A DNA stretch of 52,277 bases from an uncultured Methanosarcinales archaeon (GTDB taxonomy: Archaea; Nanobdellota; Nanobdellia; Woesearchaeales; CAYVYK01), in the NCBI GenBank assembly GCA_964455675.1, contig CAYVYK010000005.1, forward strand, positions 62,001-114,277, written 5' to 3'. Of this stretch, positions 1 to 9,359 are shown piece by piece. The notes beneath the pieces are model-generated. The model worked only from the letters and a program-made list of their open reading frames with translations, ran no database searches and was not told where the DNA came from. A program made the position numbers and the translations under genes. The number at the start of each line of letters is the position of its first letter. Positions within the stretch are counted from its first letter, which is position 1.

Positions 1-1
1 T

Positions 2-496
2 GCCGTCGCAAATGAATTGATTGCAACAATGATCCGTGGTATCGTCGAAACAATCTCCGTTCCAAGTCTCGTGAACCTGGACTTCGCTGATGTAAAAGCC
101 ATTATGAAGGAAGGTGGAGTTGCGGCGATCGGCGTCGGTAGTTCCGACACAAACAATCGTGTTGCGGAAGCAGTTCAGGGTGCACTCAACAATCCTCTTC
201 TTGACATCGACTATAAAGGTGCTGTCGGAGCCCTCATCCATCTCGAGGGCGGCGAGGACATGACACTTGAAGAAGTGAATAAGATGGGCGAGCTTGTTAC
301 TGAGAGCCTTTCCGAGGATGCGAACGTCATCTGGGGTGCGCGCGTTTCTCCCGAGATGAAGGGAAGGGTCACGGTGATGACGATCATCACGGGTGTCACA
401 AGCCCTTGGATGCTCGGAAAAACTGCAAGACAGGCTAGTGCCCGTGAAGTTCCAGCAGCGAGAGACGACGATGAGCTGAGGATAATCCCCCTATGA
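2..496 (+). CDS. ftsZ: Cell division protein FtsZ, C-terminal part (5' end outside window)
   Basis: T7 loop LVNLDFADVK, NPLLD, VIWGA and VMTIITGV motifs; frame open from the window start. Confidence 0.95.
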   Translation, partial: AVANELIATMIRGIVETISVPSLVNLDFADVKAIMKEGGVAAIGVGSSDTNNRVAEAVQGALNNPLLDIDYKGAVGALIHLEGGEDMTLEEVNKMGELVTESLSEDANVIWGARVSPEMKGRVTVMTIITGVTSPWMLGKTARQASAREVPAARDDDELRIIPL

Positions 497-572
497 GAAT
501 CGTTGACCTGCTTACATGCATTGATTTTATTATGCTGTTATATAGTGGAATTCCCCAACCGGAGGTCGGAAT

Positions 573-1307
573 ATGACGAAAGGAAATGACATGATTATTC
601 GAAGAATGGTGGATGATCTCGTGGAAAGCAGCGAGCCCTACCTCAACGCCCCAAAGCCTCAGAGTTTTGAGAAGATATTACCTACGTTGATGAAGAAGGG
701 GATTGACAACCTTAACCTCTCCATGTTTAGCGACGATGTGCGCACGCAAATTTTAAATACACTCGGAGAGGAGTATATCCGTCGTGGAAAGATGGGCGAA
801 GCGATCAAGGCGTTCGTTCTCACAAGTAATCGCACGAAACTTTGCGACGTGGGTGATGAGTTTGTTCGGCTCGGCCAATTCGCGAATGCTACGGAAGCGT
901 TCAAGCTCGCGAACGACAAGCAAAAGTTGTTTGAGCTCGGTAACAAATGCTTTGAGGAAGGGCATCTCGCTGATGCCGTAAAAGCATACTCCCAGTTGGA
1001 TGATGTGGCTCTCCTAAAGAAAGTAGGTGACGACTGTGTCAACCGCCTGAAATTCGAGCACGCGTTTGAGCTCTACAGTATTGTGAAGGATAAGGAACGG
1101 CTTATCGAGCTGGGAAACCGATGTGTTGAAGAACGACAGTTTGGTACAGCCATTCGTGCGTTCAAGGCGGCGGAAGCCAAGGAGAGCTTGAATCAGCTTG
1201 GTGACCTCTGCCTGCGGGAAGGATTTTTCATGTCCGCGCTTGAGGTTTACAAACTCACAGAAAACCAGGCAATGGTTGACTTCATCCAGGAGAATTTTGT
1301 AAGGTGA
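573..1307 (+). CDS. TPR-like alpha-solenoid repeat protein
   Basis: Repeated ~28-aa units L..LG..C...G.F..A..AF; GGAGG upstream. Confidence 0.7.
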   Translation: MTKGNDMIIRRMVDDLVESSEPYLNAPKPQSFEKILPTLMKKGIDNLNLSMFSDDVRTQILNTLGEEYIRRGKMGEAIKAFVLTSNRTKLCDVGDEFVRLGQFANATEAFKLANDKQKLFELGNKCFEEGHLADAVKAYSQLDDVALLKKVGDDCVNRLKFEHAFELYSIVKDKERLIELGNRCVEERQFGTAIRAFKAAEAKESLNQLGDLCLREGFFMSALEVYKLTENQAMVDFIQENFVR

Positions 1308-1311
1308 TGTC

Positions 1312-1719
1312 ATGGACACGAAGGAAGGAGACTACTACCTATTTGAGAAGCGCATGGAGCTCAAGGTGAATCTCGCTCTTCAGAAAATGAAGGAGCAAAT
1401 GGATTCCCTCTCAAAAGAGCTGTCCGACGTAAAGGGAGAACTCATGGAAGCGCGCAGGAGTGCGCGCGCGCCGCCAGTCATGCCCTCAGCTTCTCCTCCG
1501 GTGATGAATGTACAACCCGCAGAGCCTCAATTTGATGCAACGCAGGGAGTAACGGGAGCAATGCTCGCGCAGCAGTGGGCGAATCAACCACAGCCTGCAG
1601 CATATGCTGCACCGCAGAATCCTGCCCCTCAGGTCATGCAACAGCCTGTCCAGCAACGTCCACAGGACCCGCCGGTTCCAGACCTTCAGAAGATGTTTTA
1701 CTTTGGAGGTAAGAGATAA
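1312..1719 (+). CDS. Hypothetical protein with N-terminal coiled coil and a Pro/Gln-rich linker
   Basis: Tightly packed in the operon; GGTGA RBS; heptad pattern; conserved-looking C-terminal KMFYFG. Confidence 0.7.
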   Translation: MDTKEGDYYLFEKRMELKVNLALQKMKEQMDSLSKELSDVKGELMEARRSARAPPVMPSASPPVMNVQPAEPQFDATQGVTGAMLAQQWANQPQPAAYAAPQNPAPQVMQQPVQQRPQDPPVPDLQKMFYFGGKR

Positions 1720-2018
1720 TGAATGAGCTCATGCATGTCTGCCGTCATTGCCATGCCAAGACACCTTTTGAACTCCTGCTATATGATGAGTCTGCGGAAG
1801 CGCTTGTATGCAAGAGCTGTGTTGGCAAAGGACGCGCAAAGAAGGTGGAAACTATGAAGGATACTCGCACGAAAATGATGTGTTCAAACTGCAACTATCG
1901 GTTCTATTTGAACCCGAAAGTGTCACCTCGCTGCCCAAACTGCGGCGAGTCTTGCATTGAGGAAGCAATGAGTGCGCAGCAAATCCTCAACCAGGTTGTT
2001 GACCGCGACAAAGACTAG
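1719..2018 (+). CDS. Double zinc-ribbon protein
   Basis: Four CxxC pairs (CRHC, CKSC, CSNC, CPNC); overlaps the upstream stop. Confidence 0.75.
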   Translation: MNELMHVCRHCHAKTPFELLLYDESAEALVCKSCVGKGRAKKVETMKDTRTKMMCSNCNYRFYLNPKVSPRCPNCGESCIEEAMSAQQILNQVVDRDKD

Positions 2019-2057
2019 TGCTCCCCGGACCCGGCTTGATTGTGGCAAATTCTTTTC

Positions 2058-2483
2058 TTATGTATTCATCATCCGACGTAGAGCGCTTGCTAGAACCGTG
2101 TAGGTATCAACCGTTGAATGGAAGAATTCGACAAGATATTTTTTACATTCCTGGACTGGCACCCATATGTATTCGGTATGCTCCTCGCTTAAAGAGACAC
2201 TCACATTGTTCGCTTGGCATAGATACACGATCATCGTTATTGTCTGTCCGTCATCACGCGTAAAATGCCGAACCTCAAGCGGTTGAATCACACGAATATC
2301 AAGTCCCGTTTCTTCTTTTGTCTCGCGTTCTAATCCCTTGACAGGATCCTCGCCCTGTTCCAACCTTCCGCCGGGAATTTCCCAAACACCTGGTTTCTGC
2401 AAAGTGCGTTTGCTCCGACGAAGGAGCAGTATGCACTCATCTTTGATGATGAATGACTTCACGGCGATCGCAAAGTGTTCCAT
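2058..2483 (-). CDS. Nudix hydrolase
   Basis: Nudix box GGRLEQGEDPVKGLERETKEETGL; SEEH motif; start placed at the second Met. Confidence 0.9.
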   Translation of the reverse strand: MEHFAIAVKSFIIKDECILLLRRSKRTLQKPGVWEIPGGRLEQGEDPVKGLERETKEETGLDIRVIQPLEVRHFTRDDGQTITMIVYLCQANNVSVSLSEEHTEYIWVPVQECKKYLVEFFHSTVDTYTVLASALRRMMNT

Positions 2484-2621
2484 GCAGCGATTGGTGGAGA
2501 TATCATATTTCAATATTGTGATATCCTAGGATCCTGGATTAAAGATTAAGTTTATATTACCAAGAGGCTCCATAAGATTTCTCTGTTCTGGCAAACACAT
2601 CCTGAACAGTGGGGTGATATA

Positions 2622-3197
2622 ATGGACAATTGCCAACCAATTATCAATGAGCTTGCGCCGCATGTTGTGGCGAGTGCGTATTATAATGATGATACTATCA
2701 GCGTGGATCTGAGTCAATACCGAGGGAAGTGGGTTGTACTGTTCTTTTATCCCGGTGATTTCACGTTTGTCTGCCCAACGGAACTTGGAGAGCTCGCAGA
2801 TCACTATCCAGAATTGCAGAAGCTGGGTGTTGAGGTATTAAGTGTGAGTATGGATACAGTGTTTGTGCATAAAGCGTGGCATGATCAATCAGAGACCATT
2901 GCGAAGATCAGGTTCCCAATGCTGGCGGATCCGACAGGGAATATCTCTCGTGCGTATGGTGTCTATATTCCAAGTGAGGGTACGAGTCTACGTGGAACGT
3001 TCATTATTGATCCTGACGGCGTTCTCAAAGCTTTCGAAGTGCATGACAACAGCATTGGACGCAGCGCCAAAGAACTTATCCGAAAAATTCAAGCCGCGCA
3101 GTTCGTGAGAAAACATGGTGGTAATGTCTGTCCCGCAAGCTGGCAGCCTGGTGAGGAGACATTAAAACCTGGTCTGCATCTTGTTGGAAAAATCTAG
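2622..3197 (+). CDS. ahpC: 2-Cys peroxiredoxin (alkyl hydroperoxide reductase C)
   Basis: FYPGDFTFVCPTE and VCPASW motifs. Confidence 0.95.
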   Translation: MDNCQPIINELAPHVVASAYYNDDTISVDLSQYRGKWVVLFFYPGDFTFVCPTELGELADHYPELQKLGVEVLSVSMDTVFVHKAWHDQSETIAKIRFPMLADPTGNISRAYGVYIPSEGTSLRGTFIIDPDGVLKAFEVHDNSIGRSAKELIRKIQAAQFVRKHGGNVCPASWQPGEETLKPGLHLVGKI

Positions 3198-3748
3198 GAT
3201 GTTAATCCCTTCACGGATATCTGTGTGGATATAGCTCGATCCATATTGAACAGTCCCCACCTAGTGACTACACTATCACGGGTATATTTTTATAGAGATA
3301 TTTATTCTAATGCTCCGTTGGGAAGCCGTCCAAGACCTGCCAATTTCAAAACCATGAAAACCCTGTATTGCGCTTTGTCATAAACTACCTTTCACACAAA
3401 TCAACCATCAAAACCAGCTTGAAGCAACGAGCCATATCATTCGTATAAGATACTCTCTCCATCCGAGGGATATCCTATTTTCGATTGGTGCCGCATACCA
3501 CATTGGGGGACATCGAAACCTTCCAGGTTCGCATTTCCAACAATGTGAGTTACAAGCGGAAATGGCTGGAAACGGAAGCTAACCGCTGTTTTCCGTTTGA
3601 CACCAACCCTGTGAACATGAGTGTAAGCTCTGTTCCATCGGGTTTGCTCAGTGCTTGCGGATGGGGAACTTTCTACGAGGGTAAGAGGTAGGGTTGGGTT
3701 TTTGCATACGCTCATGGTGTATTCGTGGGTCAAGTGCGGAAATCCGCA

Positions 3749-3848
3749 NNNNNNNNNNNNNNNNNNNNNNNNNNNNNNNNNNNNNNNNNNNNNNNNNNNN
3801 NNNNNNNNNNNNNNNNNNNNNNNNNNNNNNNNNNNNNNNNNNNNNNNN
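3749..3848. other. Assembly gap (100 N)
   Basis: Run of N. Confidence 1.
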
Positions 3849-3849
3849 C

Positions 3850-4032
3850 TACAAGGACTGCATGCCGAACTGCGGTTCGTACGACAGCTGCATCAGCTGT
3901 TGCGGCGGTTTTGACGACCCCTGGTATGAGAAGTGCAAGGGCCGCTGCAAGGACCGCTGGCACCCGACGGTGATGGAGTCTGCAGAAGAGGCCGTATCGC
4001 AGATGGCCGAGATCTTCCACATCAGTCGGTAG
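3850..4032 (+). CDS. Cys-rich secreted-type peptide, copy 1 (N-terminus in the gap)
   Basis: YKDCMPNCGSYDSCISCCGGFDDPWYEKCKGRCKDRW is clearly paralogous to copies 2 and 3. Confidence 0.8.
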   Translation, partial: YKDCMPNCGSYDSCISCCGGFDDPWYEKCKGRCKDRWHPTVMESAEEAVSQMAEIFHISR

Positions 4033-4068
4033 CGCAAGGCATGCGCTCCTGAGCGCGTGAAATTTTCC

Positions 4069-4109
4069 CCCTGCTGGCAGGTGACTTGCCTGCCGGCAGG
4101 GCTCTTTTT
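4069..4109 (+). terminator. Hairpin plus U-tract terminator after peptide copy 1
   Basis: CCCTGCTGGCAGG...CCTGCCGGCAGGG followed by CTCTTTTT. Confidence 0.7.
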
Positions 4110-4273
4110 AGCTCTAAACTCTCTGCTCCGAATGGGGGGAACTCTCGGAGAGTTCAGATATTCGGATGATGTCAACAGCGAACTTCGGTACGGCTATTCC
4201 GTAGAAAGGAGGCACAAACCTCATAGGTCCAGTGTCATGGAAGTTATGGTCTTTCATCGTAAGGAGTACTTTC

Positions 4274-4564
4274 GTGAGCAAACAACTCACGCGGCTTGTT
4301 GTGATCTTTGTGTTCACTGTTGTCGTCGGATCAGCACTCGCTGCTCCGATTGGCGGTGACCTGGGCACATGCAGTGCGCCGAAGAATTACAAGGCCTGCA
4401 TGGTGAAGTGCGGGACGTACGATAGTTGCATTACATGCTGCGGCCATTTCGATTCGCCGTGGTATGAGAAATGCAAGGGTCGTTGTCAGGACCGCTGGCA
4501 TCCGTGCGAGATCGATGCTACCGATAGTGATCCTCCTGTGGTCGAGCCAACGTTTCGACCATAG
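4274..4564 (+). CDS. Cys-rich secreted peptide, copy 2 (96 aa)
   Basis: AAGGAG at 4261 then GTG; signal peptide ending SALA; 9 Cys. Confidence 0.85.
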   Translation: MSKQLTRLVVIFVFTVVVGSALAAPIGGDLGTCSAPKNYKACMVKCGTYDSCITCCGHFDSPWYEKCKGRCQDRWHPCEIDATDSDPPVVEPTFRP

Positions 4565-4610
4565 CAATGCAGATACTGCACGCGTTTGTGCGTGATGTGC
4601 GATTCCCACC

Positions 4611-4652
4611 CCTCTGCTGGCAGGTGACATTCCTGCCAGTGGAGGTTTCTTT
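4611..4652 (+). terminator. Hairpin terminator after copy 2, homologous to the one at 4069
   Basis: CCTCTGCTGGCAGG...CCTGCCAGTGGAGG then TTTCTTT. Confidence 0.65.
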
Positions 4653-4904
4653 CCTTTAGCCCTGTTGGTGTCTGTGTGATCATCCCCTAGCCACATCATT
4701 TTGAAAGCAACCTGATCCGAGTTCGAGCGAGGATTGAGAGGTAAGGTTGGGGAATTCTCGGGCAGTGTACATAGTCGGTGTAGGGTATGTTGTTGTGTGC
4801 GGGTTATGCCGCAGAAAGGAGATTACGAGAAGGCAGTTGTAATACCCGAGAAGTATCAACGTTGGTAGACTAGTACAATAGCCTCACTAACAAGGAGTGT
4901 TCGC

Positions 4905-5165
4905 GTGAGGAAGGCTCTTAACATCGTTGCAGTTTTTGTGGTTATCGCGGCTTTCACTACCGGAGTGGCGATTGCTGCGAGTTCCGACCTCGGTACATGC
5001 ACGTCGCCGAACAACTACAAGGCGTGCATGGTGAAGTGCTCCGACTACGACTCCTGCATCACGTGCTGCGGCCATTTCGATGCGCCGTGGTATGAGACCT
5101 GCAAGAGTCGCTGCAAGGATCGCTTCAAGCCGTGCGAGATGGAGCAGTCGGAAGCTCTGGAGTAG
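4905..5165 (+). CDS. Cys-rich secreted peptide, copy 3 (86 aa)
   Basis: AAGGAG then GTG; hydrophobic signal peptide ending AIA; same Cys spacing as copy 2. Confidence 0.85.
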   Translation: MRKALNIVAVFVVIAAFTTGVAIAASSDLGTCTSPNNYKACMVKCSDYDSCITCCGHFDAPWYETCKSRCKDRFKPCEMEQSEALE

Positions 5166-5447
5166 CAGCCGCGGGCGGCTTTCGTGAGCCAGGCACTTTT
5201 TGTGCTGTCAAACCATTCGTGGGCGAATCCGTGATGAACATCACGTGATTTGTGACGGGCTCTCGCAGAAATATGTGGAAGCGACTTTCCGGCTGACTAT
5301 CTGTCGTCGGGCGGTTGCTTTTCTTTTGGACCTGGGCAGCACGCGCCCTTGTCCTTGATATTCAAGGTGGAGGCAGGTGCGATAGTACCTGCCTGGCTCT
5401 CGCTTGTGGAGCGGAGCTTTCACAAACCCCAAGGAGCAATAACTCTC

Positions 5448-6800
5448 ATGAAACCGTTGATAACAATTGTGTGTCTGATGGCGTTCGTCGGATCTGCCCT
5501 CGCCGACGGGCGGCCCGCTCCATACCTCTTTTCGGACAACTACACCGGTCCCGAAATCGCCGCCTTGGAGGCTCAGGCGATTTTGCTCGAGGAGCAAATC
5601 GATGCTCTGACCACGCAGATTGAGCAGTTGAAGCAGCAAGGGAAGGACGCGTCGGGTGAAGAGGAGCTCCTCGCAGCGCGTGAGAAGGAGCTGATCGACC
5701 TCACGAGGCTTCCCGAGGATATCCGGGAGCTCAACGCGTCCATGATCGAGTTCTGTCAGTCTGAGCTCGAGCGTTTGGTTCCTGATCGTTTCGGCGAGAA
5801 AGCCATAACCTTGGAAAATGCGAAAATCCTTGGTGACCTGCTCTTTACAGATTGGGGCCAGGAAAAGGTCAATTACCGTTGGCAGAGTGGTATCCTCTCC
5901 GGAATGGTTCAAGCATCCCAGCACCCCCGCATCTCGCCGGAAGTGTGTAAAGTCCTCCGGGACATCTCCATGGAGTACTATCAGGGTGTGCGGGCCCACT
6001 ATCCGGATGAGAACATGGTCTCGCCCATGTGGATGTCTGAGATGTCGGAGGCGCTCCTTCGCCTCTCGGAACCTGACGACATCGACGCGCGAGCTGCGGC
6101 AACTAAGCTCTGCCAAGACACGGTCAACTGGGCTGACGCTCTCGAGCGGCCAACCGAGGCGTCCAAGTACCGGGCGACCTTGAAAAATCTCGTCGATGCG
6201 TCCGATGAGATTCAGCTCGTTGGTCCCGATCTTGCCGCCGGGTATGCCAAGCAGCAAGTCGAGATCGTCCTTTCGTCCGGGAAGACCGCGAAGATGTCTC
6301 TTGAGGAAGCTCGGCGGCGCATCGAGTTCCTCCTGCGCAGATTCAACTGGGACATCGACAAGGTGAGAGAGATCACAGATCTCGGCCTTGCGAATTATGG
6401 CGTCGAAGTTTACAACGTCAAAATGCGCAAGGTCCTCTTCGAAGCCTACGCCCGCATCCTCGTGCAGTCTCCTGACACGTACGGTAAAGCGGAGAACGCC
6501 GCCAAGATCATTTCCCACATTGACGCGTCACTACTCACGCTCGCAGAGAAAAACCAAGTTCCTGACGACGCGTGGAGCAAGTGGGCGGTCGCTTCGAGCC
6601 AGCTTGGCGCTCGTGCCTCTGACAAAATGAAGAAGTTCGTCCTGGAAAATACGCAGGTCAAGAAGCGCTCTAGTCTCAAGATCGCCTGCGATCGTGTCTC
6701 CTCTTACTGGGCAAAAAGCCGAGGCACGAAGAATGGCCCGCAGGCAAGCAGCGTGGCCAAAACCGTACCTTCCTCACAGCCCGCTCCGAAGGGACCGTGA
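5448..6800 (+). CDS. Secreted, mostly alpha-helical hypothetical protein with an N-terminal coiled coil
   Basis: AAGGAG at 5431 then ATG; signal peptide MKPLITIVCLMAFVGSALA; long ORF. Confidence 0.8.
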   Translation: MKPLITIVCLMAFVGSALADGRPAPYLFSDNYTGPEIAALEAQAILLEEQIDALTTQIEQLKQQGKDASGEEELLAAREKELIDLTRLPEDIRELNASMIEFCQSELERLVPDRFGEKAITLENAKILGDLLFTDWGQEKVNYRWQSGILSGMVQASQHPRISPEVCKVLRDISMEYYQGVRAHYPDENMVSPMWMSEMSEALLRLSEPDDIDARAAATKLCQDTVNWADALERPTEASKYRATLKNLVDASDEIQLVGPDLAAGYAKQQVEIVLSSGKTAKMSLEEARRRIEFLLRRFNWDIDKVREITDLGLANYGVEVYNVKMRKVLFEAYARILVQSPDTYGKAENAAKIISHIDASLLTLAEKNQVPDDAWSKWAVASSQLGARASDKMKKFVLENTQVKKRSSLKIACDRVSSYWAKSRGTKNGPQASSVAKTVPSSQPAPKGP

Positions 6801-6841
6801 GGATAGGATGAGTCTATGTCGAGCGAGGGAATGAGAGCAAC

Positions 6842-6881
6842 AAGCCGCGGCACGATGCCCACGTACCGCGGCTTCTCTTTT
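6842..6881 (+). terminator. Hairpin terminator
   Basis: AAGCCGCGG...CCGCGGCTT then CTCTTTT. Confidence 0.6.
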
Positions 6882-7000
6882 CCCTACTGCTTCGTTTTTT
6901 CATTCTTTTTTCCATACTTACTTACTATATTGTAATATATTCCAGCGTATTCGTTGCCTCCTCCATCGCAATGGCTTTCACAGTAATGACACACCAATGA

Positions 7001-7029
7001 TTTAAATAATAGTGTAGGGATAACAATTA
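7001..7029 (+). promoter_or_regulatory. TATA box (TTTAAATA) with adjacent NrtR-type operator, upstream of nrtR
   Basis: ATAGTGT-agggata-ACAATTA, a GT-N7-AC palindrome. Confidence 0.7.
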
Positions 7030-7032
7030 GCC

Positions 7033-7710
7033 ATGGAAACTGCCGGTCGTATTCAGGTTGCAGTTGATGCGGTTGTATTCACAATCCATAACAAGGGTAT
7101 CAAGCTGCTTCTCATCGAGAGGAAGTACGCTCCTTTCAAGGGGATGTTTGCACTTCCCGGCGGTTTTGTGCAGCAACACGAAAATCTGGAACAGGCAGCG
7201 AACCGTGAACTTCAGGAAGAGACGGGAGTGAAACATATATTTCTACATCAACTGGGCGCGTACGGAGATGTTGGAAGGGATCCCCGCGGCCGTGTTCTAT
7301 CCATTGCATTCATTGCACTAATTAGCCCGACGCAAGAGCTTCATGCGACGACGGACGCCGCAAAAGCCCAATGGTTCCCAATCGATAGTCTTCCCAAACT
7401 CGCGTTCGATCATGAAAAAATCATTTCCGATGCTCTTGAGCGCTTACGATATGAAATTCAGACGACAAATGTTGCCTTCCAGATACTGCCGGAGCGCTTT
7501 ACGCTTACACATCTGCAGAACCTTTATGAGACAATTCTTGGAAAAAAACTGGATAAACGGAACTTTCGTAAACGAATCCAGGAACTCCATATGCTGCAGG
7601 AGACTCGTGAAACCTTGATGGATGGTGCTCATCGCCCAGCCCGTCTGTTCCGTTTCCGGACGAATGCGTATACGCCGTTGAAGGACCGCATCCAAGTATT
7701 TCTAAAATAG
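7033..7710 (+). CDS. nrtR: NrtR transcriptional regulator (Nudix plus winged HTH)
   Basis: Nudix box, RDPRGR and LAFDH; C-terminal FTL..LQ.LYE.ILGKKLDKRNFRK...RPARLF. Confidence 0.93.
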   Translation: METAGRIQVAVDAVVFTIHNKGIKLLLIERKYAPFKGMFALPGGFVQQHENLEQAANRELQEETGVKHIFLHQLGAYGDVGRDPRGRVLSIAFIALISPTQELHATTDAAKAQWFPIDSLPKLAFDHEKIISDALERLRYEIQTTNVAFQILPERFTLTHLQNLYETILGKKLDKRNFRKRIQELHMLQETRETLMDGAHRPARLFRFRTNAYTPLKDRIQVFLK

Positions 7711-7820
7711 GCTTTTCAATATAGACTTTTCAATATTTTCCATAATTTTCAATAAATTACTGTGGGATTTTGTATACCAATACGTTTTTTTACTCTCATA
7801 TCTGATTGAATAGCGAAATT

Positions 7821-7853
7821 TTTATATAGTAGTTAGTGTATACTATACAATAA
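7821..7853 (+). promoter_or_regulatory. TATA box (TTTATATA) with NrtR-type operator, upstream of the pncB operon
   Basis: TTAGTGT-atactat-ACAATAA at 7833-7853. Confidence 0.75.
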
Positions 7854-7935
7854 CAGGTGGGATCCAGTCCAAAGCGCACTGGATCCTGGAACTACTACCC
7901 TGAAAATAGGGTGGGAGCATTATCATCACAATAGC

Positions 7936-8035
7936 NNNNNNNNNNNNNNNNNNNNNNNNNNNNNNNNNNNNNNNNNNNNNNNNNNNNNNNNNNNNNNNNN
8001 NNNNNNNNNNNNNNNNNNNNNNNNNNNNNNNNNNN
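7936..8035. other. Assembly gap (100 N) covering the pncB start
   Basis: Run of N. Confidence 1.
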
Positions 8036-9256
8036 ATCGAGGACGCTATAGAGTACGCCACAAACATCCATTTTTCTGATGATGACATTGACTACCTTCG
8101 GTCTTCAGGCATATTCAAGGAGGATTACCTAAGGTTCCTCAAGGACCTGAGATTTACCGGGGATATCTACGCTGTTAAAGAGGGAACTCCGATCGCGCCA
8201 AATACTCCCATCCTAAGGGTAACTGCTCCTCGAACAGAGGCGCAGCTCCTCGAGACAACCCTGCTGAACATCATCAATTTCCAAACAATGGTCGCGACAA
8301 AGGCGAGCCGCGTCGTGCAAGCCGCAAGCCCTGGCTGCATCGTCGATTTCGGGCTGCGGCGCGCGCAAGGGATGGATGCCGCGCTGAAGGGTGCTCGCGC
8401 TGCGTACATCGCAGGCGCTATCGGCACGAGTAATGTTCTTGCAGGTAAGGAATATGGTATTCCGATCAAGGGTACTCACGCCCACAGTTTCATCATGAGT
8501 TTTGATTCAGAACTTGAGGCATTTCGCGCATATGTGCGGACATTCCCTGACGCCGCCACGCTGCTCATTGACACCTATGATACGCTGGAAGGCGCGAGGA
8601 ATGCGTGCATTGTGGGCAGAGAGCTTGAGGAGAGAGGCAAAAGGCTTGGCGCAGTGCGCCTTGATTCTGGCGACTTATGTGATCTTTCCATCCGCGTTCG
8701 GGAGATCTTGGATTTGGCTGGACTTTCCTATGTGAAGATTCTTGCAAGCAACGATCTTAATGAGTACAAGATCGCGGACCTTCGCGCAATGGGAGCACGG
8801 ATCGATTCATGGGGTGTCGGTACTGAGATGATTACGGCAAAGCCGACAGCAGCTATTCCTGGTGTGTACAAGCTCGTCGAGGACACTGCTGGCGCGAAGA
8901 TTAAGCTTGCTCCCGGTAAGAAAACGTTCCCTGGACTAAAGCAGGTTTATCGTATCTCAAAAGACGGGCAATACCAGAGTGACATTCTTGCACTTGACGG
9001 TGAAACGATCTCCTTAGAAGAAGGACTCACCGCGACGCCCCTCCTTGAGAAGGTGATCTCGCAAGGTGTGCGCATCTCTTCGAGGCGTTCCCTTGCACAG
9101 ATCCGTTCTTACTCCTTGGATTGTGTTGCGCGGTTGCCTCAAAGTGCGAGGGAATTATCGTGCACGGCGCCGTTTGGCTACTCAGTATCCAAGGGACTAC
9201 GGTCGCTTGTCGATGAATTGTCAGAACGATACATGGTGCGAGGTGAAGCTGCATGA
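8036..9256 (+). CDS. pncB: Nicotinate phosphoribosyltransferase (N-terminus in the gap)
   Basis: EAQLLET, DFGLRRAQG, GTHAHSF, LIDTYD, VRLDSGD and VYKLV motifs. Confidence 0.95.
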   Translation: MEDAIEYATNIHFSDDDIDYLRSSGIFKEDYLRFLKDLRFTGDIYAVKEGTPIAPNTPILRVTAPRTEAQLLETTLLNIINFQTMVATKASRVVQAASPGCIVDFGLRRAQGMDAALKGARAAYIAGAIGTSNVLAGKEYGIPIKGTHAHSFIMSFDSELEAFRAYVRTFPDAATLLIDTYDTLEGARNACIVGRELEERGKRLGAVRLDSGDLCDLSIRVREILDLAGLSYVKILASNDLNEYKIADLRAMGARIDSWGVGTEMITAKPTAAIPGVYKLVEDTAGAKIKLAPGKKTFPGLKQVYRISKDGQYQSDILALDGETISLEEGLTATPLLEKVISQGVRISSRRSLAQIRSYSLDCVARLPQSARELSCTAPFGYSVSKGLRSLVDELSERYMVRGEAA

Positions 9257-9357
9257 AATTGGAACAGATTGTTGGTACGATTCGTGGATCAGAGGGAAAT
9301 ATGACAATCGTTATCCGCTATGAGCGGGCTAGCGATTCAGAACTCATGGGGTGGTAA
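9253..9357 (+). CDS. Possible 34-aa small protein (MKLEQIVG...LMGW)
   Basis: ATGA overlap with the pncB stop, GAGGTGA RBS, and it fills the gap to the next gene. Confidence 0.35.
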   Translation: MKLEQIVGTIRGSEGNMTIVIRYERASDSELMGW

Positions 9358-9359
9358 GT

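Noticed and set aside
3651..4032. ORFs spanning the N gap
   Set aside because: The true gap length is unknown, so frames across it are meaningless.
3850..5165. Cys-rich peptides as ranthipeptide/RiPP precursors or ferredoxins
   Set aside because: They have Sec-type signal peptides, no maturase gene is nearby, and there is no CxxCxxC...CP motif.
5241..6518. 425-aa minus-strand ORF, and other long antisense ORFs such as 14843-15583 and 24702-25463
   Set aside because: Shadows of well-supported genes on the opposite strand, with no motifs or RBS.
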